62,753 nucleotides of DNA, filler included, from Rhabdomonas costata (GCA_019059605.1; 13 parts of 13 records of this genome joined end to end with filler, not necessarily neighbours in it), one strand, 5' to 3'; positions 37,001 to 51,439 are shown, counted from the first letter of the whole stretch. Numbers and translations: made by a program. Notes: generated by a model from the letters alone, not told the origin.

Positions 37001-38384
37001 TGAATGGCTTCCTCCCACTGCTTGATCAAGTCCTGTCCACATAACACGGTAGGGCTGCTAGCTTTGCTGGATGCCAAGAACACTACAGATTGGTCTTAAA
37101 AGCAGACGGTTTAAGACAAGGGGTTGACGGTGACTGAGCCATGGAAAAGTCCGGATACAAACCTCGCTCAAAATAACATGTTGCAGTATTCCCAATGGTA
37201 AGCACGTTTCGTCGAGAACAACATGAAATATGAAGACCACGCGAATAAACTATTTTGGATGAAGCCCTCACCCACGGGGATGGGCCTATCAGTCAGGAGG
37301 GTTGCTCTGCGAAGCACAACTCCCCACGACTGTGGTGCTGTGCATATCGCGAACAGCGCTGTGTGCTTCGCTCTCACTGGTACTGCTTAGAAGCTAAGCT
37401 GCGCTGGGCTCACGGTAAGTAACCTGTCTCTCGGCGTGCAGCGCTCTGAAGTCCTCCGCGGTCTTGTCCAGCTCGATCTGGGTGGTCTGGGTCTCAGTGA
37501 TCTCCTTTTCGAGCTCCTTCTTTTTCACCAAAACCTGCGCAACATGGGAAAGTAGCCGGGGGACCCCCATGGGCTCAGAACGCGCTGTCACTGACATGCT
37601 CAACATTCAGGACGGTCAATCCAACCACCCCCACTTCCTTAGGCGAAGACGCATTTCCTAAGGATGCACTAAAACACGGTTTTAGCTGGATATGACGCCC
37701 AGGGTAGCACGGTATCGATGAGAACCGTGAAAGGCATGGCTCGGAAAGAAGCAGATGCACTAGAGCGTTGCCATTCCATCAATTATGATAGTCAGAACAC
37801 ACACAATTTGGACATCAAACTTATGGTTCACTGAACACTAAAAATAACTGTACACATTTGGTTTTAAAGTAAGAGGAACTCCACTTCACCTTCCCTGCTT
37901 CCAGCCGTTGCATACATTGCGGGAGAGCTTCTCGAGGGTCAAAGTGAGCTCCTTGACCTTCGCATCATCGGTGCGGTGGTACTTGAACAAAGAGAACGCG
38001 TCGTCCTCCTTCTGCTTCCTAAAAGGTAACAGGTTGCATAACCTGATGTCGTCACAGCAAGTCGTGCCCATAGCTAAAGTTGAACTCAGGGTTTTGGCTT
38101 CAGCTTGGAATGCAGTTGTAGTGAACACTCACTGTTTTAACGGTTCTCTGCTATGACTTCAAACAGAAGGGGTACTTGGTTCTTCTTTGAAGTTGACAAC
38201 CTCACGCGACACCCCAAAGGACGCATGGTAGCCTTCGGTCTCTAGCTCATCCACAGCACAGGGCAGCAAACCGGGCAAGGTCCCATTGCTCCAGCTCCTC
38301 CTGGTTGAAGCTCATTTGGCTCTTGAACTCATCCATTTTCAAGTTGCCCTTGAAAATGGCGTTCTGAATGTCGTCGAGCTTTTC
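34075..38384 (-). CDS. CCDC39: CCDC39/FAP59 axonemal 96-nm ruler protein (internal part, 9 exons)
   Basis: QNAIFKGNLKMDEFKSQMSFNQEELEQW, KQKEDDAFSLFKYHRTDDAKVKEL, ETQTTQIELDKTAEDFRALHAERQ, QWEEAIQAMHRRD, KSQELF, ELLYNIEFQVQQM. All joins are GT-AG and in phase. Confidence 0.93.
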
Positions 38385-39339
38385 CTGAGAAAGGAACCAA
38401 AAGCAAGGAAGGGAGAACCGGAGCTTAGAGCAAAAGAGTGAGCCCGAATAAAAAGGGAGTAGACAGATAGCATAACTATGAAGCCAGTAGCAACGCTACT
38501 GTGCTATTCCCTTTCCGCAAACAACACAACTGTGAAAACTCTTTCTTCTTTTGCCTCAGTCTACCACACAGCCTGCTTTTCTTCCACTTCTTGCCCCCTC
38601 ACTGTATCTCACAGTCTCTATTTTCCCACGCATCCTCTCTTCATTTAGATTCTGCTCTAAGTGCAAACTATTGCCGAATCGCTTTCCTTCCATCCAGGAT
38701 ATGAACAAACACNNNNNNNNNNNNNNNNNNNNNNNNNNNNNNNNNNNNNNNNNNNNTTAATTAATTAANNNNNNNNNNNNNNNNNNNNNNNNNNNNNNNN
38801 NNNNNNNNNNNNGGGGGTGTGGGTTCCGACAATTTCCGAGAAAAAAAGCAGAGGACAGAAATTCAGCCGTGCTGGAGGAGGAGCGGGTTGAAGTGGGAAT
38901 GGTCTCATCCTCACTGCAGGCAATGCAGCATCCAGTCCTCACCAGTGAATTTTTCGAAAATTGTCGGAACCCCACATCCACAAACAAGGCCAATCACAGA
39001 AGAAAGCACGCTGCCTTCCACAAAAGTTGCACACCACGGAGGTTGCGCTGTCCACCTGCTCGGCGCCGAGAAACGCTTTCCAAAACAGGTCCGGGCTCCA
39101 CCGCAGAAGCCTTGACTCAGAAGAGCTCCCGCTTCCCGGGAACATCGCTCCGAAATGTCCTCGCAGGGTCAAGACGACAGAATTATTCTGGTATACCTCC
39201 AGAACAACTTTGGAGAAAGGAGAGACGATACGCTCGCCTGTGAGATGAGAGAATTTGCCGTCCCCAAGTCGAAATCAGTGACAAAACACACCGATGCGCA
39301 AACACCCCACACACGAAAAGGCGGAATTTTCATCCGGTT

Positions 39340-39756
39340 TTATTTGGGTACCGAAATGAAAAAGTGCATCGCTGAGCGCCTTCCACTAAGTCTTGAGAGT
39401 GTGCTCACAGGACGACCGTACTCAGAGACGCGGCAAACCACAAACCACTTGCGCTCACCAGCAGAAACAGACAGCGAAGTCAAAGCCCACTTTAGGCGGG
39501 AAGACTTACCCGTCTGTCCATTCAGAGTCTCGTGGAGGTCTATGTTCATCTCGATGGAAGGAGGATGCGAAGAATAAAACTCATAACCACGAAGCTGGCG
39601 TCGCAGCCGATCGGCCGCCATTGCATCCAGCCGAGCGCAACCGCCCATCATTAACACCCTCGCCACCTCCCTGGGATGAAGGTAACCCAGACAAACCCTC
39701 CACAGCTCACTCGGGATGCGCAACAATTGGCGAGCCTCGGCAGATATTGCACTCAT
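39340..39756 (-). CDS. F-box-like protein (first exon or ORF)
   Basis: MSAISAEARQLLRIPSELWRVCLGYLHPREVARV fits the LxxLPxELxxxIxxYL F-box pattern. Confidence 0.5.
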   Translation of the reverse strand: MSAISAEARQLLRIPSELWRVCLGYLHPREVARVLMMGGCARLDAMAADRLRRQLRGYEFYSSHPPSIEMNIDLHETLNGQTGKSSRLKWALTSLSVSAGERKWFVVCRVSEYGRPVSTLSRLSGRRSAMHFFISVPK

Positions 39757-42553
39757 TTCACGAAAAGGGCCAAGCGAGCGATCTGCAGCAGAAGAGAACG
39801 GAGAACTGAATTCGCTGGCCACGGGAGAGCCACGGAAGCCGTGACAAATAGCAAAGTTGAAGGTTAAGGGCACTCGGCCTGCACCATCTGAGAGCCAATC
39901 GCCTGAAGCTGTGGGCAAGTCCTTTGTCGGACTCCTACGCCTGTGTTACGCCTGGGGCCTGCTAGCATAAGAACTTAATCACGGGAACGGCACTTAATTT
40001 TGGTTGTTGCTTGTGGTTTTGATAATTAAAAGCTAAACATAGATTTTTAAACCTTAAAATAAACTTAAATGGAGTCCCATATTAATAAGCCCGCTGTTTA
40101 GGTCTCAAAAGAATGGGCAATAACACCACCCGGACAAACTGCACTGACGTTAAAGCAGCATGAAGCGTCACTACCACCCCTCTCGGCTGGTTCGTGTTGA
40201 ACCCGATTGATTTCCAAGTCCCATAAACGGAAACGCTGTCGAGTCTATTCGGGCAAGAAAAAGGAGCAGCACAATATTGTACTGCCTCATTCTAAAGTTG
40301 CAAACAACGTTGTCTTGCAGTCACTGAAGGACCTGCTTGCCATCGAAGCACACCCAATCCGACTCCATCGCGCGCGATTCCCAAAAAAGCCAGTGGGGAA
40401 CAATCAAACAGCGAGGGTCTAGAAACAAACCGGTTGCAAAGCCAAACATTGTGCAAAATCGCCGGAACTCTACCAAGGCAAGAACACTGCCAAGCATGGC
40501 ACAAAAAACAATGCTTACAGTACGAAACTCCAACGGAGTACGGGTGGGGGAGAAGGATTCAAACGAAAAAGTTGAGAGCGACCAGCCCAAACAAGGGTTA
40601 CCAGGGTAAACTCACGGGCACTGCCAACAAAAAAGTCCAGAGGTCTGTTCAGCCGAGCGGTCATGAACGCAGGGCTCAAGAAACCCAGGAAGATGGATGG
40701 GAGACGGGAGGCACGGGAAAGTTACACAATGACACACCACCCAAGGCACTCGAGAGTTGGGGCAGGCGATGGCTTCACGACCTAAATCGCATCATGCCGT
40801 GAACAAAACGCTCTGCCCCGAGATTGGGTCACCGCACACAAAAAAACCCAAGGGGAAAACCTTGTCTGTGTATGTGTGTTCTGTGCGGGGCGCTAAAGGC
40901 TATGAGCGAGGAGGTGGGCGGTCAGTGTCCTTCTATTCACCTGAAGTCTCAAAGCAAGCTGCTCGGCCCAAAGGTGGCAGCGATTGGACGATTGCGTGCA
41001 CCCAAATTGCCCACCCTCCTCATTCTACGATACGCCGCCAGCGTACCCGCCAAAGCAGTCAGTCCACATCCTACACGGTCAGCACTTGCGAGTTGTTCAT
41101 CTCGTTCTGAGAACAACGGGAAAACCCATAGCACAGATCCCCCCGATAAAAAATAAGAGCACTGGAATAGGCAAGGGGGAGTGTAAAACGTCCTTGACTT
41201 TAAGAGGGTGGCCCAGAGAACACGTTTGTACAATACAAAACGTACCGAGATCGCGCGATTTCATCCGCTTAGTGTCACAGAGGTTGGGGACAAATGGCAG
41301 AAGTGTCAAGATAATCTGAGACTGGTTGGAGGACGGCAAGCCACGCATTGCAAAAAAACAATGAATGAGTGAATGAATAAATGAGTGGTAGCTGCCACCA
41401 CTCTTGCACTATCATCAAATGGGGAAGAAGCAGAAAAGAAACGTTTGCCGGGTTCAATCATTCCATCAGTGCACCANNNNNNNNNNNNNNNNNNNNNNNN
41501 NNNNNNNNNNNNNNNNNNNNNNNNNNNNNNNNNNNNNNNNNNNNNNNNNNNNNNNNNNNNNNNNNNNNNNNNNNNNNNNNNNNNNNNNNNNNNNNNNNNN
41601 NNNNNNNNNNNNNNNNNNNNNNNNNNNNNNNNNNNNNAGTGCACCAGACTCCACACCTGTACGTGTGCCAAGCATGCTCGCACCACAAGAGCACACGGTC
41701 TGTACGAGGTCTCCAGCCTTTTCTTGTAGGGAAAGGCTCCAATTTGTCTCGCTGTGGCAACTCTTGGCTCCTTCGGCCTCTGGCGCACTCGGAAATGCTC
41801 TTTGTGGGCGCCCCACCCTGCCACTCGTACACTCTGTTTGCCAGCACAAACAAAGGTATGCATACCCCGCGGCGACAGATGGCCTTGTACCCGCGAGCGT
41901 AACTGTCACACCGCTCGGCCATCCCATGGCTGGGGCTTTGGGCAACACCAATGCCTGCAAGCACGGCAGGAGCTCTTTCAACTGACAAAAGGGAGAGCTA
42001 AACTGAAGCACAGGCCAAAACCAAATCGCAGCGCAGTTCCGGGGTTCCAACGCATGAATGCAAAACTGCCGTTCTGGGAAACGGAGGAGGGGGGATAACG
42101 GAAGAGGATGTACCCCAAGGAAGCACCGCGGGATTAATGTGTGGGTTTAATGGCCCTGCTTGTGGGGTGAGCCCCCTAGGTGGCGCACTCATCGCGACGT
42201 CAACCCTATTTTCCTTTTTTTCCTTTTTGTATTTTCTTGGACCCGGACTTTTCAACGCCTTGTCTTTACATTTTGGTAGCGTTATTTATGCTCGAAAAAA
42301 TCAATTTTATACAAAATAAATGGCGTAGAAAGGCTCACACAAACGTAAGCACAACAAAATCCACCAGGTTCTTGACGAGCTCCAGAACTTTGGCGGGCAA
42401 GCAGTGTATGGGGGGACAAAAATGAAAAACTTCTGACCCTTCGACCCCCGGGGTCATACCCAGGTCACTGGAGAAAAGTCAGTGATGGCCAAAGAAATTT
42501 TCTTTTACGATTCTTTCCTTCGTTTAGGGGCAAGCACGTTTTTATAGGCTTTT

Positions 42554-43419
42554 CTACGAACGTGAAGAGCCAGAGAGAGGCTCTGCGAAATGCCAGCTGC
42601 ACACGCACATCAAAGTCAAGAAAGGTCCCCCGCATGCCTCAGCCTCAGACACTGTCATGTGTCGCCCTGTAGAAGTATTCAGCACTCGGAGCAGCCTCTC
42701 CATCGCGGTCAGGAACGAAGCGCCGCGGGGCCATGCCGAATGAAAGACGCAATGTCGTAGGGGCATATCTACGATCTACAAAAGCAGCGAAGCAGAAGAA
42801 GGCACCCGACTGTGTGCAGCTAGCATGCATAAGCAGAAGCGTATATCAACACTGATGGGTCCCACCAAGAGATTATGTTTACCGGTGGTGAGCCGGTATC
42901 CCACATTCGTCGGACAGAGTGAGTGCGTGAGAGTGCCTCCGTGCCAGCACGCAGACCGCGCGCTTCTTAGGTGATATATCTTTGGACAACTTTCCTTTCA
43001 TACAGGTTCTTGCCTTCTGCGTTTCCTTTGCCTCGTTTAATCTCACAAACACACACACACACACACGAACAAATAAACCTCCCCTCCCCACACACACAAA
43101 AAAACAATTGCATCTCAGGGTGAACCGTCAAGAGTCCTCCATTCACAGCAGCGGCGGGAAGGGGGGAGGCTTAGAAGAAGGAGAGTGACATCGTGGGCGT
43201 TGCCTCACAAAGAAAAGCGTCAAAGGAGAGGATGCGCACCACATCAACGAGAAGTGCACAGCAAACTGCTGGTAACCCCCCATCCACGTAGAGCACAACG
43301 CGCTCCATAAGGGCGGAGGGTTTCTGAGCGGACAACATCCTTCCAGAGGCCCCCCCGCCTGAACGGCACGAGGCCATGGCGACCAGCTCTCCCGCCGGGG
43401 ACCAGGCCACTGCCTCCAC
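42554..43419 (-). CDS. Exons of a possible WD40/beta-propeller protein (may continue to ~40300)
   Basis: VEAVAWSPAGELVAMAS and AWPRGASFLTAMERLLRVLNTSTG. The gene structure is unresolved. Confidence 0.35.
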
Positions 43420-44799
43420 CTGCGCGACGGCACATCGGAAACGTGCACATCTGCCTCAAACACATGGGGGGGGGGTCTTGACATTGCAAAGCTGACGAAG
43501 GAAAAACTCAGAATAGTATATCACGCCAACCGCGGGGACAATCCAAACCAGTTNNNNNNNNNNNNNNNNNNNNNNNNNNNNNNNNNNNNNNNNNNNNTTA
43601 ATTAATTAANNNNNNNNNNNNNNNNNNNNNNNNNNNNNNNNNNNNNNNNNNNNGGTGGGGTGGCCACCGCGATCAAGCAGAAGGAGGAGACGAAGGGGGA
43701 GGCGAGCTAGGGGTCCTGCCAGGGCAGTCGACTAGTTATTGTCGACGGGTGTGCCCAGCCGCAGACGTCTGGCCGGTTGGAGATGAAGCGACTTTGCTTT
43801 TTGTTTTTGGAACAAATGGTTTAGTACTTGGATGCAGTTTCTCCTGGACTGCGAAGGCGGTGCGTATAACGGCGCTACATGTCATGATGGGATGATGTGT
43901 TTCAACAAAAAACGGTAACGGTCCGCATGGCCGCGGGACTTAACGCTTCGGAGACCAAATAGTATATTATGGAGGCTTGTCTACACAAAGGGCGCGGGGT
44001 GCGCTTCTCAAAAATTGCCTGTCTTATGTTTGCTTGGGCTTGGAGCCTGCCCGTTGGCCACCAGGTTGCGGGTTCGACTCTTCGTTTCTTGGCCCCCGGT
44101 TCGCTTTGTTCGCCGGTGTGAACCCCATGCCGCATGAGCTTGGGGGGAACACCATTCTCCACGTCCGACCAACCCGGGCACCAACGGAAGGGAGCCTATT
44201 CTGATCTTAGCCACCCTTCTTAAATCAAACCAGTCGGCCAGGTTTCTGCAATGAAGTTTCGGCCGTTTTGGTGCCCATTAGCCTCCCGAGCCGGACCATG
44301 ACTGGTGGCCCGTTGCCCGGGTTGTCGTTGCACCCTTGTTCTTCCTCGGGCGCATGAAAATACCGGGAAATCCAAATGGACGATGTCCGTTTACTCGGTC
44401 CCAGTGGTCGCCGCCGCTATTGCGGCGCCGGCCTCGGAAGAAAGACCTGGAACAAGAAGCCCAAGATTCCCATGGTTAAAACCCCCCAGGGGTAGCACAA
44501 GATAGCAGCTTGCGCCGTTCGGCACCAAGTGTCTCATAATATAATAACGATCGTAAACCACGAATCTCACAGAAAAGTATGCGACGTATTTCGACTCGAG
44601 TCGTCCTGCCCCAAGAAATTGCTATCGTCTTCGTCCGTATGGCGCTTGTGCCATATTGGCCCTTACCCACATCAAGTATGTGCTTTTGTTTTGTGCTGCC
44701 ACCCGCCGCGGGCACGAGAAAAAATTTGATTTTTACCCAGCGGGAATGCTGATTGCGGATTGTGTGGTTTTTGTTCCTTACAAGCGTATTTTTTCCGCT

Positions 44800-47700
44800 C
44801 GGGCAGCAGAAATAAGAATTCTGTGGTTCTAAGTTTTCCGGTAACGTCCTTAAAATTTTGCGGTTTTTTCCGCCAAGCCGTTTAACGCGGTGTTTCGTTT
44901 AACCGCAGATGTCACCAATCTTACCGTTTACATCATTTTGTATTGAAAATTTTTGTTTTAGAGTGGCCTTGGTACCAATCAGCTGTGCCAGCCCGCTTTT
45001 ATTCAAGCATTTTGCCGTGAAAACGTTGCAGGCAATTTAACTGGGTAAAAGCCGTAATAATTTCACGAAGAGCAAAATTTACAAAGCAACAAAGCAGAGT
45101 ATTCAGGTTAAATGCTGGATGTAAACCGGCTATTTCAAGGCGCAATTCCTCCTAGCAGAATTTCATTGTTAAGACTTTTCACATGCATATAAGCTGAAAA
45201 TTTTTCAACGATAGCAACATGGACCACTGTCTAATATTCTAAAGTTCCCGATTACAAAGAACGAAAACTTTGCGGTAATTGCGGGAAATTCCACAAAATG
45301 ATAATTCCATAGCGTTTATAACGCAGTGAGTCTGAAAACTATACAGTGGTTTAAAACATTTAGCTGAATATGATCGCACACCAAATCCAAACACAATAGG
45401 CAAATCGGTGTGGTAATGTGGGACGTTTCAACTCATCTTATTTTACACAACCTACAACTGCTTTGCAGTAGGCGTACGCGCCGTTTTATTTGCACTATTT
45501 GATTATTAAAAGTTTGACACTGTGTTTAGCATGCATCAGTCCACAAAATGTCCTACTATGCACAGAAATATTTGGCAGAAGAAACTCCCACATTACTTTT
45601 CTCCGAGACAGTTTATTTGGGAACCATTTAACAGAAACTGTGTGCCACGCCGCCACATTGTCAGTCCACATTATTACTTTCTTGCCAGTGCATAAAATGC
45701 ACTTCCAAAGCACATTGATTTTGAGTAGTAACCACATAAAATGTTGAATACTGATGCCACATGTTTAATCTGGAAGCTCTGTTACAATGAGCCCAATTTT
45801 AAATCTAAGTTATTTGCTTTACAACAATTTGCAAGTGCAAACCTATTGCAAGCAAGTAATAACGTGTAGAATTGACAAACACGTGGTCCTCAGCTTGTAA
45901 CCTCAGAAAAACCTCGCGCATTCCGGACTTCTCCTCCTCGTTGGAATAAAGCCAGAATATGAGTTATAATCTGGCAGCTCAAGTTTAAAATCTCGCGATG
46001 TATGAGGTTGCGCCCTGATAAAAAGCATCAATGCTAAAAAAGGTTCATATTCACAAGAGATTATAGCACTCATATGTTCCCAGTTGTATGTTATTTTGAT
46101 AACAGTCGTAACTGATTTCAACCACAAAAAAGAGTTATACTACCAAATCCTCAACAGCAATATTGGTGAAAGCTTCTGACAATTTGTTCTCATACCAAAA
46201 GACGCCAGCTTATCCGCACAACGAGTCCGATGAGTCAACGGCACAGTTCCGGAAGCAAATGATCCACAATAGGCGGAAGTGCTACCACACGCATCTGTCA
46301 AAAATGCAAAACTGCAGGATGATCGGTGTGACTACCTGATTCTGTCGTTCGCTGGTCTGGAAAAATGGAGACATCATGGGATGCACACTTACCAAAAATT
46401 TATCTCCAGTCCCTCTATCACACCGCAAGAAATGTGGTTTTCAGACTGCCTTCCAACTAACTTTCCACTATGATCCACTATTTTGACTGAGTTGGACGAG
46501 CAGCTTTGAATAGCTGCTGCAAAGACTCTGATAGAAGTCTTTGACAATTGGACAAGCTTAAAATACCAATTTCTCTAACTTTAACCATTACATAAGTGGC
46601 ATTACTTCTGCAGTGAAATACGCACCTAGATGGCACGTGCCACGCTACATAACACGTGAGAAAAATATACCTTGTCCTATGGGATTGAGGGTTTTTGTTC
46701 ACAAACAGCAACTTACAGGACACCATAAAGCCAAAACATTGAAAAAAACACAAAATAGCAATGAGAGTACACTGCTTAAGTAAAGCGATATAATTTTACC
46801 AGGAAAGATGACAAGAATTTAAAGTCAGGTTGCAGCACATTACTTATAATTATACTGTCTACACGTAACTATCTGCAATATGAGTTCATTATTGCTTTGA
46901 AAAGGAAATGAGTAATTCTATGGTTTCACTGAGATCTCATGCTAACTGCAGATTGCAAGTCATTGGAAGCTCAAAATGTAATTGCAGCAGCCAAAATCAG
47001 TGATACTTTTCTAGTAGAGTTCAACGTTGTTGTACTTGCTGATTGTTTATGCAAACCATGCATTAAATTTGAATTATACAGGTGATTTATTTCCAGTTTG
47101 ACGACTCGTCGTACCATTGCTTCGACATTTGTAGCTCTGCATAGATATCACAATTGCATGAGTTTACGTTCTTTATTATTTGTTTTCTCTGACCTCCGTT
47201 ACAGAATACATGCACATTATCAACTGCAAGTTTTTATATCATCCGGCAAATTCATGGAAACATAGTATGAGTAGAAAACTGCCATTTGTGACAAAAATCC
47301 AAAAGCTGACTAGCTGATGCAGTCCATCTGTAATATTGGTTCTGATTGATGTGAACTTAAGCATATATGATGCTATGAAATGTATTGTGTACACTGAAAA
47401 TGTTATTTTATGCAGTATTTCACATTCATTAGATTTCAATGTCACTAAAAATGGAAAACTGATTTTTGTGCTGAAGTTTAATAACGGTATGTTTTAGGAA
47501 AGCCACGGAGGTCCAACAAATTTAAATGCATCTCTGCAACGCGGCGTAGAAAGTTCAAAACAATCTTCAATAATACCTGACTTATTGCAATCGGCAATAG
47601 CGGCAAAAAAGTACCGCGTGCTTCACTGCTTTTGTATTATATATTTTTGCTAGGCAGCAACGGTACCCCAGCAAATGGTTGGTACAAATGTTCTGTTTGG

Positions 47701-48300
47701 CATTGCTTTGCCGAGGAGTTTCACTTGGCTGTTTGCCAATGATGCTATGGTGTGGTGCTGTGTGTTACTGTGTCTGGGCTTCATGTTCACTTGTTGATGC
47801 GGTGCACGATGCTGTGTTAGTGCTGGAAGCAAGGTGTTAGAACTTTACATGACAGTTAGCAAATTAGAAAACCGAACTACAGTTTAACGCAAAATTCATG
47901 AGTGTTAACTCTGCAGGTTTAGTACACGACAAAGCTTTGCTTTTTTTTGATTTTTTTGGGAGGTGTGAAATCCGTCTCAGAAAAGGAAACCTGCCACTCA
48001 ATTTCCTTTAGAAGCAACTTGACAATAGTACCTCGTAAATGTTTGAGGTCCAAAAAGCCACAGTTCAAATAAAACTATTATGTAACAGTATACTAGAAAT
48101 AAGTATCTTGTGCTCTAATACTAACATTATTATGTACTTTATATAATATTTTTTTGGATGACTTGATAAAACACATATGCAAACTTTAGTGAGTTATTTG
48201 CATGAATGCGGGTAAATAGCGATTTTGGAAAACGGCCAAGGAGATTGCATTGACATTTTCAAGTAGCAGGACCTAACCTCCTCCGCCAGAATTGAAGGAG
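44800..48300. other. AT-rich segment with no long ORF or recognisable gene
   Basis: Visibly lower GC than the rest of the window. The longest ORFs are under 100 aa. Confidence 0.7.
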
Positions 48301-48827
48301 GCAGGGCAGCATAAGCGTCAAACGCGACTCCAGAAGAAGGAAAACGTCATGTACTCAAACAANNNNNNNNNNNNNNNNNNNNNNNNNNNNNNNNNNNNNN
48401 NNNNNNTTAATTAATTAANNNNNNNNNNNNNNNNNNNNNNNNNNNNNNNNNNNNNNNNNNNNGGGGGGCATTCTGTTTCTCCTTTTCAACACACCAGCTC
48501 GCTGTGGGTGGTCGCAACCCCGGCCAAGTGTTGTCAAAGAAGGGAAGGAAAAAACCCCAATACGGTCCCGTATCGCTCCCGCCCGTGTGGCGACCGCAAA
48601 CGGTAGCGACGTGAAAAAACCACTTCGAACTCCACCTTTCAGCTCACTTTTTTCACAATTTCTACGACGTTTTCCGGCAGGAGCGCTTTCTTTTAATATT
48701 TTTAACGTTTTTTCGAATCATCTTCTGCCATCTTCAACAACTGAACACACAAAAAAACGGACACCAACAGAACAAAAGCAAACAGAACCGAGAGAGTAGC
48801 CCCATCCGCAAGTGGAACAAATGAAAC

Positions 48828-50620
48828 CTGGACAAGTTCAGCAGGATGGCCCCCTTGTGCATCCTTTGGATCTCTGTGGCTCTAATCAGCCCAATGGTTT
48901 GCTCCGTCTCCGGGACGTGCAAACTGACCACGTCCGACGCCATCAACAGCTCCCCCAACGAGGACAAGGGAGTGGCTGTGCCGATCGGCATCACGTTGGC
49001 CGTGTCGTAGAAGAAGACCTAAAGTTGACCCCACCCACAAAGGCCACTGGGATCCGAAGGACCGGCTGAAAAATTTGTTTTTTTGGGGTCGGATAAGATG
49101 TGCCATGAGTGTGAGTGTGAGGGGATTGGGATTTTGTGTCAGCCCTCAATACATGAGTAACACATGAGGAGCACATCTCTACACTACTGCTGGCCTATGG
49201 GATTGGTGTTGGAGTGAACCCGCGAGAAAGTATTAGTTTGAGGCGAGGAGCCCGGAGCAGGCAGTAGGGGCAGGAGACAATAAGGCATCGTCAAGAGGAA
49301 AATTGTTGCCGGCCCCCCCAGCCTTATGAGCACCCTCGCGCCTCCAACATCACCATTGCACAATTTTCAAAATCCTTTCCCCACAACGAGAGAACATGTC
49401 AAATAGTCAACAGTGGGGGGGCTAGCGGAAAGGAGGCAACCTGTCGTCGTCACATAAGTGCATATGCTGCACTGGCCGCTCACCATGATGCGACAGAATT
49501 TGCATTTTTCCATATACCTCTTTCGTGGATGGACACAACAGAGCCAGAGTGCTGGTACAAGGCAGGGCACTGGCTTAGCAACTGCGAGACACACACCTTC
49601 ATCCCCACTGCCTCCGCGAGAATGCCGAGCTGGGTCCCGATGTGACCATACCCCACAATCCCCAGGATCTTGCCCCGCACCTCCAGGCAGCCCTCCGCGG
49701 TCTTCGTCCACACCCGGTTGTGCATATTACGGATGTGGTCAGGAACCCTAGGAAGAGGTCACAAACCCAAGAAATTTGCGGATGGGGCTGCCGCAGAAAA
49801 GGAGGCGGATCGGCCGAATGCTCGTTCCATTGTTGAGGAGGAGGGATTCCAATCAAGGACTGAAAAAATGAGGAAATAAGAATCATAAATACACGCACGC
49901 ACGACGCACTTCCGGCTGAGAGAGATGATGTGGGAGAGGGTCAGCTCAGCCACGCTCCGGCTGTTGGAGAACGGCGAGTTGAACACGGGCACCCCAAGCG
50001 CCTCCGCGGCAGGAAGGTCTGTCTGGTCCGTGCCGATGCAGAAGCACCCCACCGCCTTGAGCCGCTTAGCCGCAGAGAGCACGGCATGGGTCAGCCGAGT
50101 CTTCGACCGAACCCCTTTTGTTAGAGAGTGGAAATAAAAGCACAGGAATATAAAGTAAATGAAGGGAGATCAAAATAGGAAGGGAAAGGCAGCACACACT
50201 AATTTGTTTCTGTGGATATACGGTTCCATATATCCCATTTAACCGTCACACCTTGGGGAGAGTACTTTGAGATACCACTGTCGTTCTTCTTTGATTGAAT
50301 ATTAATATTAACAGGGATGTGCGGCATACAAAAGCCATCGTGAATACAACCAGGGCAACTTCAACAAAACCACCCCGTGGGGGTCAAAGGTGGTGGAAGA
50401 CCACTGTCTTCTGTAAGGGTGAAGAGTCTCATATGCAAGTGCTGGCATGGCGTGGAGAGGAGAAAGCAATGCACCACGGGACACAACCAACGAGATGGAC
50501 ATCGACGATCTTTTCCAAAAGCTGTGTTTCGCCCAATGCACCGGTCAGGGACTCCACAGCGAAGCCCTCCTTCCGAAAGATGTCCGCCGCCGCCGAGGAA
50601 ATGCTCTCCAACAGCAAAAC
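48828..50620 (-). CDS. serA: D-3-phosphoglycerate dehydrogenase (E. coli SerA/yeast Ser3 type), partial, 4 exons
   Basis: [79 protein letters not shown]. Confidence 0.95.
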
Positions 50621-51439
50621 CTGCGGTGATGCACCAGCATCCGTTTCCAAAATGCAAAAAATCTATCTTTATCGGGACTTAGGAAGTGCTGTCCAGAAGT
50701 TGTGCGGCTGAACACCGAGGAGCAAGGTTGGATGACTGACTTAGAAGGCTGACGAGACAGAGGCCCATGCAGCTATGACACTAATTCATAGTACATACCA
50801 ACAAAACTAAACGAAAGCAAAGATTTGAAAAAGGACAGAACGCATCCGAGACCGAAACCAGCTGGGTCATGGATGTTAGGTAGGAGTGACAAGCGAATTA
50901 AGCAGAGAGAGGGGGGGGACAACAAGGAAAGCCGCGCGGTAACTATTCAATAGCGGAATTAAAAAAGCGGAAGGGTAGGAGGGCCATGAACAGGACAATA
51001 ATAATAGATACTGGTACAGTAAAAGAAGAACAGTATGTCAAGCCGAACTGAAGTGCATGCGGGTAACAACAGAAGCACCATGACAACAGCAGTTCAACAT
51101 TGATTGATTTGGTGAAGGGAATGAGGAGACAAGACAGTATCTCTCTTATCTCTAATTCACTAAAACGAGACTACAACGAGAACGAGAGATTTGTTCAAAG
51201 CTGTCGGACTCGTTTTTCTTTCCACTCAAGCGTACAGTAGCACATAACAGAATCTTTTTGAATTGAGAGAATTGCATACGCTATATCGATATTGACAACC
51301 TGATTAACAATGAAGCAGGTCGGAGGGGTGACGTACACCACACACAGAGCCCTGAGACTTTAAAAAGACGCTTTCTTGAGGATAACAGAGACACTTGTCG
51401 ATCGAATCTGAACCTTGTCTTGGGACATGTACTGTTATG

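Noticed and set aside
34075-38384. Euglenid-type nonconventional (non GT/GC-AG) introns
   Set aside because: All junctions I could resolve in conserved genes fit GY-AG apart from one GA candidate. Unresolved genes remain untested.
41306-42050. ORFs of 170-190 aa in several frames
   Set aside because: Their length is inflated by the 41477-41638 N gap.
44040-44100. tRNA or SINE suggested by a GGTTCGACTC B-box-like motif
   Set aside because: No cloverleaf or acceptor stem could be formed.
45495-45737. GKKVIMWTDNVAA as a retroelement RNase H remnant
   Set aside because: Short match with no RT, integrase or recombinase motifs nearby.
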